Part shown: positions 12,194 through 24,826 of the stretch, one piece after another
Numbering within the stretch: position 1 is the first letter of the stretch
Layout of the letters: every line of letters begins with the position of its first letter
From: Lingula anatina
Lineage: Eukaryota > Animalia > Brachiopoda
Reading direction: 5' to 3'
Assembly: GCA_051362555.1 (NCBI GenBank)
Contig: CM120641.1
Span: 4,092,001-4,156,000 of the forward strand
DNA: 64,000 bases
The notes under the pieces: model-generated
The model's database searches: none
Seen by the model: only the letters and a program-made list of their open reading frames with translations
What the model was told of the DNA's origin: nothing
Translations under genes and position numbers: made by a program

Positions 12194-14906
12194 TTAATGG
12201 CAACAGAGCTTTGCTGATGATAATTGTAAGAGGTCTGGTCAAAATGATCATCCAAGTTTCAGCAAAATTTCAAACTCTGATATTACAATATACAAATATA
12301 CATACAGAAGACTGCAATATCTTAACTAACCTCTGTGAATGGCTTTTTGAAGCATCACACATTATGATGACAAGATCTGCCGTTCTTGCCACAGCAATAA
12401 CTTGTCTACCACGACCTTTACCTGTTAACATACAGAAAGATGCTATAAAATATATACTGTTCAGTTTATGACAAGAGACTCTGGTAGTGATATTATTAAG
12501 CAAAACGTTAATATTATTTAAGGCTGCCACATAAATAGCCATGCCAAATTTGAATGCCAATTAAAAAAAAGATCTATGCCTGCATTGTATCCCAGCATAT
12601 TTCTAAAAAGACGACTTATTTCATGCTACCATGAAAAACCATCCACTTAAATCTGATTAAATAAATATAAAATATAGAAAAGTATCTATTACCTTGTGCT
12701 GCACCCTCAATAATACCTGGAAGATCTAGCAGCTGGATATTTGCACCTTTATGCTAAAAGAACAAATTTAAATATTATTCTAGCAGTAATAAGAACAGAA
12801 TGCTTTTTTTTATTGTATTTACCTGAATAAACCCAGGAACACACAAAGCGCCTGACCATATGGCATTTACCTGAATTACCCCAGGAATATATGTAAAAGT
12901 ACCTGACCATATACTGTTTACCTGAACAACACCGAGAATACACAATTAAGTACATGACCAATTAGTATTTACCTGAATGACGCCAGGAATACAGGTAAGA
13001 GTAGTAAACTCGTAGGATGCACATTCACTTTCTGTCTCTGTCAGAGTGCTGAGCAATGTGGACTGAAAAGGTAATACTGGAATTCATTCCTCTGCATTAA
13101 TCAAAAATCTTAAACTAGTGCTTAAATAATATAACAAGTAGAATACACCAAAATACCAAGTCATAAATACTGAATGTTTAAACATGCTTAAGACAGAATT
13201 TTTTTTTACTTGACGAAAATATGCATCATAAAGTAAATCAAACTACAATATCTTAAGTCCCAAACAAAGTTGTATCTTGTAAGTCTTTATATCATATAAA
13301 GCTACTAAAAAGGTCATACAGAATCTGAATGAGACAAGTACTAGTAGAGCAATGACTCAAGAGTAGGACAAAATCATTTTCTTTTTTTCTAGGAATAAAT
13401 TTAACGGCTTGTTTGAATTTTCCAATCAAGCCCTTACTTACCTTGCCAACAGAAGGGAATCCAATAAGTGCTACTCTAGCATCACCTGACTTCATAACAT
13501 CAAAACCTTCACCCTGTAGAGAAATGAACACACACCATTTTCATCAAGTTACAAGAAAGATGAAAAGTGTGTGTATTTGTTGTATGCCTGGGTCATTGTG
13601 TTTGAAATTTGATGCTGTCATCACTGGTTTTGGATGATAATCTGCCCACGTCAGTTTAGAGTACATCATGTTCAAGACATGAAATTTTACAATTCCGGTG
13701 CATCCTATATATTTATTATATTTAATAAGTCTAACTTTATGTTTTTTTTCTCTTTTCACTTGTCATTTCTATTTCTTTTTTTTAATATAAATCTATGCAA
13801 GTGTGATAAAAATTAAAGGCATGCATGGGTGCAAATGTGTGTTGTTATAATGTGATACACTGTTTTACCAGGTTTTTCCAGTAGTAAAAATTATCTTTAA
13901 TAATGTTAACTGCATATTACTCTTACTCAAAGGAACCCTGCAATATTTAAGAGTTATAAACAATTGCTTTTCCAACTCCTTCAATAGTGTTAAAATGTAA
14001 AAAAAAAACTTGCTTCAAAAAAAAAAATAATAATAATAATAACTGGTTACATCAAACCAAACTATCTTAGGATGATAAATGAAAGCGTGAAGAAATTAAA
14101 TTCTTAAATGCAATTTTAATACATTTTGTGAAAGTGTGTAGTTGTTAAATTGTTAAAATTGTCCTAATTCTGTTTAGATAACATAATATCAAACTTCAGA
14201 AGCATATTTACCTTTGCCCCTGCCTTTCCAGTTGGCTCCAGTAACTGAGACCTGTACTTGGCTAGCTTGGCTTTCAGCAGACCCAGATGATACTCAGTGG
14301 CTGAAAATAAATGCAAACTTTGGGATGATACAGATATTTTTCTAACCAGTATATTACAACTTCTTGTGACACATGACATATACAATTTAATAAACTTTTA
14401 TTAAATGTCTCCTTATATATAGAGGCAGATTCACAATTTATAAAAGAGGGTATGGAAGTTCCAGGACCGAAAAAAAGAAACTGGCCAGTTTTTGCTTTGA
14501 GTCAGCAAGTTTTTAAGACCCTGGTGTCTAAAAGGGTCAGTAGTGTTTGTCAGGGTAACCAGATTCTTGTAGTTTCAGAGATCAAACACAACTTCCTACT
14601 CTCCGCATGCCTCTATCATTGCAGGACTTACTAACACTCTGGGTGCAAAAGGGAAAATTTGTAATAAACTTAATCCTTAAGAGATCAAACATAGGTGTGA
14701 TTAATTTCGAATGAGTATTATCTGTTTTTTTTTTTTAATTTACAGTCTTCTGTAAGAAATGATAACTATCTGACAGTCACAGACTCACAGTGACACAAGA
14801 TTGGAATTGTGAGTCTTATGACATGACAGTCTGTGGCATTACCCTTATTCTTCTGGGTTCGAGCTACCTCTCGCTCTATCTCTGCGATCTTCTCCAGGAT
14901 TCCCAT
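9361..14906 (-). CDS. DRG2: Developmentally regulated GTP-binding protein 2 (OBG-family GTPase), 14 exons, 367 aa
   Basis: Exons (-): 14843-14906, 14212-14300, 13442-13513, 12973-13062, 12693-12753, 12331-12421, 12006-12078, 11559-11649, 11188-11285, 10906-10982, 10588-10676, 10082-10146, 9654-9707, 9361-9450; total 1104 nt, phases consistent, all GT-AG. Protein: [38 protein letters not shown] (DRG2-type N-terminus), G1 [21 protein letters not shown]3 [11 protein letters not shown]4 YNKID, TGS domain ...[32 protein letters not shown]. Confidence 0.97.
11286..11558 (-). other. U12-type (minor spliceosome) GT-AG intron 8 of DRG2
   Basis: 5' splice site reads GTATCCTTTG (U12 consensus). A branch-like TCTCCATAAT lies ~10-20 nt before the CAG acceptor. 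Confidence 0.8.
12818..12993 (-). repeat. Four diverged tandem copies (51/51/48-nt spacing) of the DRG2 exon-4 3' end plus splice donor
   Basis: TTCAG|GTAAA occurs with the donor G at 12972 (real), 12921, 12870 and 12822. The preceding sequence reads CIPGVIQ / CILGVVQ / YIPGVIQ / CVPGFIQ. Confidence 0.85.
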
Positions 14907-15240
14907 CTTGACACAAGTGCAGGAGCAAACAATTTCCTTCTACAGAAAAACTATACTCCGGATTGAGAGGACGACACAAGACCTCGTCTGCCTGCAGTTC
15001 CCTAGCATTTACATTCACACTGTCGGCCTGCCATGTTGTGATATGTTCGGCTATTTCCGTGAACATCAAACTATAATGATTTGTCAACAACATTTATACC
15101 AGCTTTATTGATTTAATAATCATATGGATTCTCTGAGTAAAATTTGTGCGATACTATAAATTTAGATGAATTTAGTAATTATTTGACATATTTCTTTCTT
15201 CGGATAACTTCGTAATAAAGATGGCTGCGCCCATGGAGAT
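14907..15240. promoter_or_regulatory. Candidate bidirectional promoter for DRG2 and COX11
   Basis: Head-to-head genes, locally CpG-richer. YY1-like AAGATGGCTGCGCCCATGG on + at 15218-15236, ~310 bp from the DRG2 ATG. The COX11 ATG (16355) follows an acceptor at 16300/16301 with an in-frame upstream TGA, implying a non-coding first exon. Confidence 0.55.
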
Positions 15241-16354
15241 CACTCCGACAAGAATTTGCCTAAAGATCGTCATTGTTGCCGGCATTACCATTCAGTAATA
15301 TTAGGTATTATAAATAGTGGGTATTAAAATGGTCTTGTTTAAAACTTTGTATATCGCTTAAAAGAAAGGAATTAAAATTTTGAAGGAAGACCGTTTAACC
15401 AAAGTATTCGATCAGAATCAACGATGTGACCTTGAACTTTATTAAAGGAGGCAAACGTGATGTAACTCAAAAGTGAATTATGTAGAATGACCAGCCCACT
15501 TAAAGAGGCTTGAAACTCTCTGTGTCATTTTGAATGCTGTAAGTTACTTATTTCAAGTAGTTCAAGTTGTTTTTTGTGAGAATTTGGTTTAATATTATTG
15601 TGTTAAACGATATACATTTGGGTTTTTGAACTACAACTACATTTATGTAAGTGCTGTGTTCTACCTCTGGTGTAGTTGCCACTGACAGTGATCATCTGGG
15701 AATATCATTGTCAGTTCCAAGCAAGAGACACTCAACTCTTCTATCAGGAAATTTCCATTCAACTGAGCGCTAGCAGGGAAGTGTTTTAGGTAAGTTTTGC
15801 AGTATTCCAAAGCTTACGGCTATTGTGAAATGTAAACAGAGGATAATTATTGCCCTTGTCTATAGAACTGATAGAAGATGTAGTAACGAAATAGAGGGTC
15901 CAGGTAACAGAAAGTCCACCTCCATTTAGCTATAATGGTTAGAGTTTGTCTGACTTAAGTTGGTCAAAATCTAGGGTGAGGCTTACCTAGCTGTACAAAT
16001 GAATGGGAAGTGGACTGTCTATCATGGGGGACTCTGTCATGTTACACCGGTACTTGTGCAGCTGTAAAACTTAATTAAAGGTTAAAGTACATTATATACT
16101 ATATAGTTATTGCAGCATCTGCCATACTTTACATCCAATTCAGGTATTCAAGATGTATTCAGTTAATTTCATTTTATTTATACATTTCAGTTTTAAAAAA
16201 GGTCTTAAATGATGGATTATGTAACAAGGTTATGTAAGATTTTGTGTTTCTGTATGTGAATTACATTGTTTCACATTGTGATCCCACTTCTCATTTTCAG
16301 GTGGATACCTCGTGATTTTTTTGTATGAGGTGAAACAGCTGTTACCAATACAGT

Positions 16355-17607
16355 ATGCAGGCTTTCTATTTTCTTCAAAGAACTGCACTAAGACATCTTT
16401 CAAGACAACAGACATCTCCAGTGATTTCTTTCATTAAAACTGGATATCAGAGCAGCTATAAGAATTCAGCATCTGTGACATTAACAAGACCATTTAACTC
16501 GTGTAATAGACCAGGTTTGGACAAATTCAAATGGCCGAGCAGAACTTTAGGATATTTGAAGCAACACGGCGGAGCTTCATTATTTTTTAAAAGCTCTGAG
16601 CCATTCCAGAATGGATTAGTCATTGTTGCAGTTAGGAGAAAAAGTGGCGATTCTAAAGAAACATCTGATAAATCTGTGGTATATTATTTAGTTGGAGTAA
16701 TATTTCTCATGCTAGGGTTTGGTGTCATTAGCGTCCCTTTGTTCAAACTGTTCTGTCAGGTGAGTTTGGCTTCCTTAAATATTTTACTTTAAAAACATAC
16801 AATATGTAGTTAAAAATTTTACCTCCCAGATTGCACTGAAAAAAATATTGCTCAAGTATGTTAAAGCCCAAGTCCTGAATTTTTATTTTTTATACTTAAA
16901 CATAGTGAAAAGATATCTTTCTTTACAACTTAATCAGTAGAGGAAAAGTTGTACAGACAATATACCACATGATATGGCACCTAATTTCTTAAATTGGTAT
17001 TTTTAACTCCCATCTTCATATAGCAAGTGGGATTGGGAGGACAACCAACAAGAGGACATGATGCTTCCAAACTTGCTGAATTAGAACCTGTGGAAGACAG
17101 AGAGATCACAGTAAAATTTGTGGCAACAGTTAATAAGGCTCTTAAGTGGAAGTTTGTTCCCCAGCAGACGTCTGTCCAGGTGAGACCATTTATAGGTGAT
17201 CATTAGAGCGACAATCATTTGTATGATAATAGGTTGTGTAAACCTGTGTTGCACGTTTATAAAAGAAGCATGTTAGTTATAGGGATTGACCAGTGTTTCC
17301 AAGTCATGGTTAGATCCAAAGAATAAAAATTTACTGAACACTTCAAAAGTAGCTATCCATAAAGACAATAAAATGGCCTTTTTTCTGCCTTACTTTTTAG
17401 ATAAGAATATATTTTTCAGACAGATTCAGTTCTATTGCTTTATTGCTTTGTCTATAGAAACATTTATTTTTTCCACAGGAATTAAAAAATTTAACTTAAC
17501 AGTTCTTATTATTATTACTCAAAAATTTATTTATTTATTTTTATTTCTTTTAGTCTGTAATCATTGGTGGTAAGTTTCTAAATGCTTCATTTTTATTTAT
17601 TTATTTA

Positions 17608-17644
<37 letters not shown>

Positions 17645-19328
17645 TTAGACTTATTTTTTCTTTAAAAATTAGGTGAAGCCTGGCGAGACAGCCCTGGCTT
17701 TCTTCACTGCCAAGAATTTGACTGACAGGCCAGTAACTGGAATTTCAACCTATAATGTTCTGCCCTACCAAGCAGCAGTACATTTCAACAAAGTACAGGT
17801 AATTATCCTCTCACTTTTGAGACAAAAGTTGGATATCACATTATCCTGCCTTTCTGTCAGCCATGCATTTTTAATCTCTGCTGTTTTTTTCCCAGACCAT
17901 TAGACTGAGGAACTTGAAGCTTTGGGGACTGATAGACCTATCATCAGGGCGTGCAGGGGCCCCTTTAGAATTGAAGAATGTCTGGGAGTAGGGCTTCTTT
18001 GGGGATGGATGATTTTCATATTTCATTTCCTCTCTGTTTCTCTCTCTAACTTCTTTTAAAAATGACCAAAATGCGCACAAAATGACTTCAAAGGTCTAGA
18101 AATCTTCATGCTATTCATTTTTAGTAGTGTTCGCCTTAAAGGAACAACAGTAAGGGAAAGGTAGGGTTGTTACCTTTTAAATAGTCATGCATGTAGGCAG
18201 ATTCCTTATGGGGTTGTTATGATGTTTATAGTAATCGGTACCCAGGCAATGGCATTAATATCTATGGGGGTGGGGACCCTGGGGGTGAGCTACCCTTGAC
18301 ACTGTGACATAGTGTAGGAAAATGCGATGGGTGCTTATTGACAGTATCTGGTCATTATTGTTTCCCCATGCAAACTGTGAACAAATAAATGGAAATGATA
18401 TGTTGTAAGTGTTTTTATTGAAATTGATCTGTGCAGTAGTATTGCTTTCACATGTGAAAGTTTGAAATGTTCATTATCTACACTTACTGAAGGCGTACCT
18501 GTAAGCTTTTTGTCTCAACACTTGGGACTTTATCAGCCAACTTTAAAGTTGTGAGACAGTGTATTGTGAACAGTCTAGTATGAACTGCTCACTATTACAC
18601 CATACCTGTTCTCGCTAGACTGTCACTATATACATACTCATAACTAAAGTGACTGGGGAAGTTTTTGTAGGTTAGCTTTCAGCTAGTGTATAAATTGAAC
18701 ACTTCAGATTTTCGTCATTATGAAGCTGTAAATGATTTTTAGAGTATGCCATTGGAATGATTGTTCTTCATAGGACCACCCTGATAAAATATTTCAAAAT
18801 ATGTGTCATCCTTTTACCCGATTTTCTTCTCTCAAAATACTACTGGTGACTATAGTACTTTCGATACTAAAGTAATAAGAAAGGTTTAAAGAAGTGACCA
18901 ACCACAATTTCATACATGTTTTTTTTCTAGTGCTTTTGCTTTGAAGAACAAAGGTTAAACCCACAGGAAGAGGTAAGATTGTACATAAGTTTAATTTTCT
19001 CATAAAAGAACATGCTTTATCTGGTTAAAGGCTTTTTTATCAGACTGACATAAGTCAGTTTTATTGGAAAATATTATGAAATATTATTGTAATTCTTATC
19101 TCTTAGTTGCATACCTTACAGAGAGTTCAAATCTTTCAGGTTGACATGCCAGTATTTTTCTACATTGATCCAGAGTATGCAGAGGACCATTACGTGGAGA
19201 AGGTCAATGAAATCATTCTTTCTTACACCTTCTATGAATCTGATGGGTCAGTCAAGCTACCCCTGCCTGGGTATGTGGAAAGTGTTGACACAAAAGGGAA
19301 TAAATTACCAATGCCTGCAGTTGCTTGA
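16355..19328 (+). CDS. COX11: Cytochrome c oxidase copper chaperone COX11, 5 coding exons, 305 aa
   Basis: Exons 16355-16759, 17024-17179, 17673-17798, 18931-18972, 19140-19328 (918 nt, all phase 0). Basic presequence-like N-terminus, TM helix ending VPLFKLFCQ, WKFVPQQ, VKPGETALAFF, STYNVLP, copper-binding CFCFEEQRL, VDMPVFFYIDPEY, ILSYTFY. Confidence 0.95.
17607..17645. repeat. (ATT)n microsatellite in a COX11 intron
   Basis: Seen directly. Confidence 0.85.
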
Positions 19329-21315
19329 AACACTGGAGAACTAGAAATTGTGAAAATTGAGAAAAGGTTGATGACATTTCATCTCACTATAACAAGAGAC
19401 CTGTTCTTTCTTATTTATGCATTGTGGAAGTCTGTTTGTACAGTTCATTTGGAAATGATTTGAAAGTTGAGAAATAAGGCATTCAAAGAGGATTGTTTTC
19501 CTAAATTTATTGAAGAAAGAACCATTATTATGGTGAGGTGCCTTTTTCTAAAATCTAGAAAAGGCAATTTTTATGTCTGTGATGGTAAAAGAATAATTAT
19601 TTAGAATTCACTATCTGATTTAACGTGTCCACTCAGAGGAATTATAGTTAGGTTAGATATAACATGTTGCTGGCAGTTGTTATTACATACATGAACAAAA
19701 TTGCTTTAGAGAAAATTTTTTCTTTCAAAATTGTAGAACTTGCTTAAATCTGGTGGCTACCATGAAAACTGAAAAATCTTTTGACTTTATGCAGTAAACT
19801 TTTTTTAATGTTGATTTAGTGTACTTTAATGACATTAGGTCAAAGTTTTTTAAAAGTATTATACCTTAAGTGTGCAAGAGCTCTTCAAGAATCTAACATG
19901 AGATTATAACAATTGATTTAATTTGATTTAATTTGATTTAATTTGCTTTGATTTCAGTCAGCATGCAAAATGTAAATTTATAAAGAGAATGAAGAAAAAC
20001 ATTTTATGTCATATGTTATTTGGTAAAATCTGGAGGTTGCGAATAAAATTTTGGTACAGTCTGTTGATTCACCCCCAATGTTAATTGTGAAATATTGCTT
20101 TAGTTGTGACTTACTCCCATTTTTTTTTCAACTGTATTACATGAAACTGCATTAATTTAGAAAAAGGGAAAAGTAAAAGAATGATACACATAAAAAATCA
20201 CAGCACTTTTTAATGACAAAAATCCTCTGTTTCTCAAGTTGCTCTTTTAAATTATAAAGACACTTCATATTGACAGTTAAGACTGCACTGAGCAGCGTCA
20301 TATACTTGGTTAGGAAGCTGTAGTGACCTGTGATAATATAATGTTTTTTTTTTTCTCCCATCAAGACTTTTATTTGTTTCCAATCTGTTGGAATAAAATG
20401 CATTTGATGAGCAATGGGTCTTTTGAGTCTTGTTCAGACGTGAACGGAGCGTCGGATATGCATGTTGACTGTCATTTATTCCTTATTCATTTCTTCAACG
20501 GGTTGGAGTATGTATGAAATTTTACTCATAACTCTCAGTAAAGTATGTAATGAGTTTGTTGGGTGAATGCTTTGCTAGGTAAATACCTTATAAAAAGAGA
20601 GATGTTAAAATGCAAATTTTTGAGGGATAGAACATGAGTCACAGAAAGGAACCGGTTAATGCTTCTCTTCCCAGGTACCTTATGCAATCTATATGCCATT
20701 TTTAGTGACAAGTTTGATGTTGTTTTAAATTATCAGGCTGGGGCAGAAGAATACTTAGCGTTTTTCACTGTCTATCTTCCATCATGCAAAGGCAACTATT
20801 GAATCACCTATTTACATCCTGTGCTATATTTCACCGAAAGAAAAATATATCGAGGGAGGAACTAATTCATATAAATAAAAGCATATGACTGCCCAATGAA
20901 GATAAGCCATTTAAGGCAGAGCATACAGGGAAGATGTTACATATTCGTTTTTTTTTTTTTTTTTCCAAAGCAGTTTCTTTAACATTAACGTTATGAAAGG
21001 GAAGGGGTTTTTTTTCCTGCAAGGGATTTTTTGACATTTAAAAAAGAAAAGGGATGCACTGAAACAGTGACATTTACAGTTGCATTTGTTGTCATTTCTC
21101 TTCTTAATGCATACACTGCCAGTTGAAACACAATATACATTGAGATTTTGTCTGGAGGTAATTTATAAGGTAACACAAGAATTCTGCATTTGGATTATTC
21201 CAGCATATGAACCAGAAGGGAAATGGTTGTTTCCTTATCAAGTATATTCAGAAAAACACTGAAGTGATTACAATCTTGACTTACATCTGCAGTATCCTTG
21301 ATGCAGCTAATGTGA

Positions 21316-21318
<3 letters not shown>

Positions 21319-21363
<45 letters not shown>
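21319..21363. repeat. Poly-T tract
   Basis: Seen directly. Confidence 0.9.
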
Positions 21364-21364
<1 letters not shown>

Positions 21365-23566
21365 AGAAAGAAGGTTAGTAGAGTAGTTTATGCTTGAAAC
21401 AAGCAGGTGGAACTTTAAATTCCTTGCAAATTACTTGTCTAGGCAATATGATTGTGCATATGAAGGTACACTGATGTTTCCAGGAACCAAATATTAGACT
21501 ACTTGCATTACTTATATATTCTACTGTCAGTCAAGAAAAAAAAAAGAAACAGACACTGAATAGGTGGAAATAAAGAAGGGATCATTAGTTGAACTTCTTG
21601 CCTTCCTAATGCATCCTTTCGTGCTGCTGCACTAATGTGAATAGTGAAGTCCATTGCTTTTGTGTGGTTTTATATATATATATATATTTGTATTTAGTGT
21701 GATTCTATCTATTAGTCTGGTATGTCAGTAAATGTGGTGTTTTAATGTGTGTATTCTGATTTTTGGATGTATGCTACTTTGATTTCAATTTAAAAAAAAC
21801 GTGCTGCGTTTACATCAGGTCCTATGCAAAGCAAGTCTGGTTTAAAGTAAAATATGACATGAATTTTATTTTGTAATTAAGCTGACATAACTGCATCATT
21901 TCTCAATGAATGTACTTGACTGTATATGGTAACTTGTTAAATGGAATAGTTTATGGAGTTTTTATATTTGAAATCATGTTTGCTTCATCAGAATTTTTTG
22001 TGCAAGCAGTTCAGTTCATTTCACAGTTGGGGACTCAGTGAACAGCTGTGGAATTTGTCATCACACCTGGTCTTATTTCATCATGTGATGTATGATGTGT
22101 TTCTTCTTTTCTTTGATATAGATTGAAGTCTATTTCACTGATGTGTTGTTGCTACTTATAAGGGTTTATACTTATGAGGGAGACACATTTTTAATTCACC
22201 CTCTAATGTAAGCTTAATATTTTTAATAGGTAATTATAAGAACTAACTAATATCATTCTTTTCTAGAAATATTTAGTTATTTATTTAATTTTTAGTAGTG
22301 ATTTATGTAATGATTTATCTTTCTTTTTAGAAGGATTATTGACCAACAGATGAAATTAAAATTATACTCCAGTGCTGAGATATTTAACAGTTACAATACA
22401 GAATGTTTTTCCACTGCTCGGCAGCAGTCCTTTTTATTTCTTATAATTATTAAGGTGCATCTATGGATGTCAGCATTTCTAAATATCTGTTTTGCCTGCA
22501 GAATATAATAGCAGGCCGTGATATCACTGTTATGTTATGAGGTTTGTTATCTCCACTCTGCTGAGTAGCAAGGAGCCCAGCCACATACTAGCAGTGGTTT
22601 TCATCAAGCTGCACCTCAATGAGGGCAAAACAGGAGGGGGGTAACAAGGGCACACTTCATCTTTTTCTGCAAAGGAACACCTGCATTTGGAACCCATCAT
22701 ATTTTTATAAAATTTAAGATTTTCAAAATCAATCATTAAAACTTATACATTTTACTGAAGTCTTCAAGTTAATCATAAGGCCTGTGGTAATTAATCATTA
22801 AGAGACCTGCTGTTAGACCACTGCTGTAATATTTCATTACGCTTGTTGCCCCCTATTTATACCCTCATTGAATGCCTGGATGAAATATAAAAAATAAGAG
22901 TTTGTATCCGTGTGACAAATGAGTCAGGAACCCCCAGTAAAATAGACTGTCAACAAGGACTGATACACATCTGTGTTCTAGAACACATCTGTGTTCTAGA
23001 ATCGTGAATACTGTATTTTAGTTTTGTCTAGACTAGCTTTCTGAATCCATATTCTGTTTCTGTTGGGGAGAAAAATGATATTCCCCACCAGGTGTGTTAG
23101 AGAAATAAATCGTTTAACATGTTGTGTGGGGAAGAGCAGAAGTGGGATTGATTTTTTCAAAGGCAGACACTAAATATTGGATTTTTCTTAGGGTGTGGTG
23201 AAAAAAGCATGTTTGTTATATAATTAGCCTAAGTTTCACTGTTTTAACATGCTGTCATCATGTTGTCATTTCTGAATGTCTACAAGAAAATGTTTTACAT
23301 GTAACAAAGTGGTTTCTTGTTTTTTCACATCAGCTAATATATGATGCAGGCAGATGCATTTCCTCTACAATAGAAAGATATATATTTAGCTGATGATACC
23401 ACACCTAAAATGACGTTGACATATTTTGCTTGATAAAGAAAAATGGCAAATTAATGGGCAAAATACAGCAGGGCAGTATCTCTCATTCAGAGTTTCACTC
23501 TACAGAATCAGACATGCTAACCTATTCACCTGACTGTTATTAGGTCTGGAAGATTTCTTGGCAATG

Positions 23567-23580
23567 GTTACCATGGAAAC
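23567..23580. promoter_or_regulatory. RFX X-box consensus match
   Basis: GTTACCATGGAAAC matches GTTNCCATGGNAAC. Function not shown. Confidence 0.4.
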
Positions 23581-24079
23581 TTACATTTTCCATTTTCTGT
23601 AGAGTATTATGTTGGGGTGTGGGGTACATGTTGAATATAATACAATTACACCATTGGTTATATTGTTATTTGGTACAGAAAATATTTATTTTTGGCATTC
23701 TTGTTTTCAAGAATGTGTTTGTTCAAGGTGATGTCTGATATTTGGAGACGTCATTCTGATCTATTCACCTCCTTGCTTGAGTGTTTTATCAGCTGAAGAA
23801 TAGAAAAGAATGTGTGTGTGTGACCAGAAATCCAAAGTTTAACTAATCTGTATTTCATTGTTTCTCCACAGCCAATTATTTTGTCTAATGAGATCAAATG
23901 CAGGAGGGCAATATCATTAAGTCCAAAACAGAAGTCAAAAATTTTTATTTGCCTCGCTCAGCCCATTTGTATGTGAAAAGGAAAGAAAAAGAGGAGGATA
24001 TTTCACATATTGCTGTAATGTAATTATGTTAGAGAAATGAATTTCTTTTAAGAAGTCACTTTGTATTGTATGAATATAA

Positions 24080-24120
24080 AATAAAAGGGAAAGCAGACTT
24101 AAATATTTGAATGTTTTATT
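24080..24120. terminator. Opposed poly(A) signals (AATAAA on + at 24080-24085; AATAAA on - at 24115-24120)
   Basis: Both hexamers are seen directly. By eye, + strand composition shifts from T-rich to A/C-rich near this point, between convergent COX11 and fascin. Confidence 0.4.
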
Positions 24121-24771
24121 TGTGCATAAGAAAAACTACTCGCACAACATTTCTGCTAGGATGTCTAACTGCAAAATGCCTCTGCTATATGTATTAAAGG
24201 ATATGAGAATATATTGTTTTATTACTTTCCCATTTACAAGTTTTGTTTTCTATTGCTGTTTTGCTCCTACGTAGCTATGGTACGTTGACATAAGAAATAT
24301 TTCTAGCACGAAGCACTTATGCTATTATTCAATCATGAGCACTGCATCTTAACATGAAAATCCTATGCTGATATTTTATCAAGTAATGGCAGTGCAAACA
24401 CTTATCTTGATACAAATACTGGAGGACCAAAACTGGATGAAAGCATTAATTTCACATTAACTACATAATGCATTTTCACTTGAATATTCACTCCAGTTAT
24501 ACTGACAATATATGGCTGGATACACAATATACTGAGTACAAGGATCAGAGAATTCTTGATCATTGAAATGACATCATACCACAATTTAATACCTGATGCA
24601 TTTTAATAGACATTTTCTAAAGCAATATATGCAGGAATGAGTATAAAGGTGTTAGATAATGGTAAATTTGGGTGCATGTCAGTACTCTTTACTCCATTCA
24701 CAACAATCAATCATCAGCACTAGAATGTCACACAAACACCAAGGAGTAGAGCCAGGGTATCAGGAAGGGTA

Positions 24772-24775
<4 letters not shown>

Positions 24776-24802
<27 letters not shown>

Positions 24803-24826
24803 CTGCCTGTCTGTGTGTGTGTGTGT
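24776..24826. repeat. Interrupted (TG)n microsatellite
   Basis: Seen directly. Confidence 0.85.

Noticed and set aside
13520-13626. C-box (GTGATGA on -) in DRG2 intron 2, possible C/D snoRNA
   Set aside because: No D box (CTGA) or terminal stem before the next exon.
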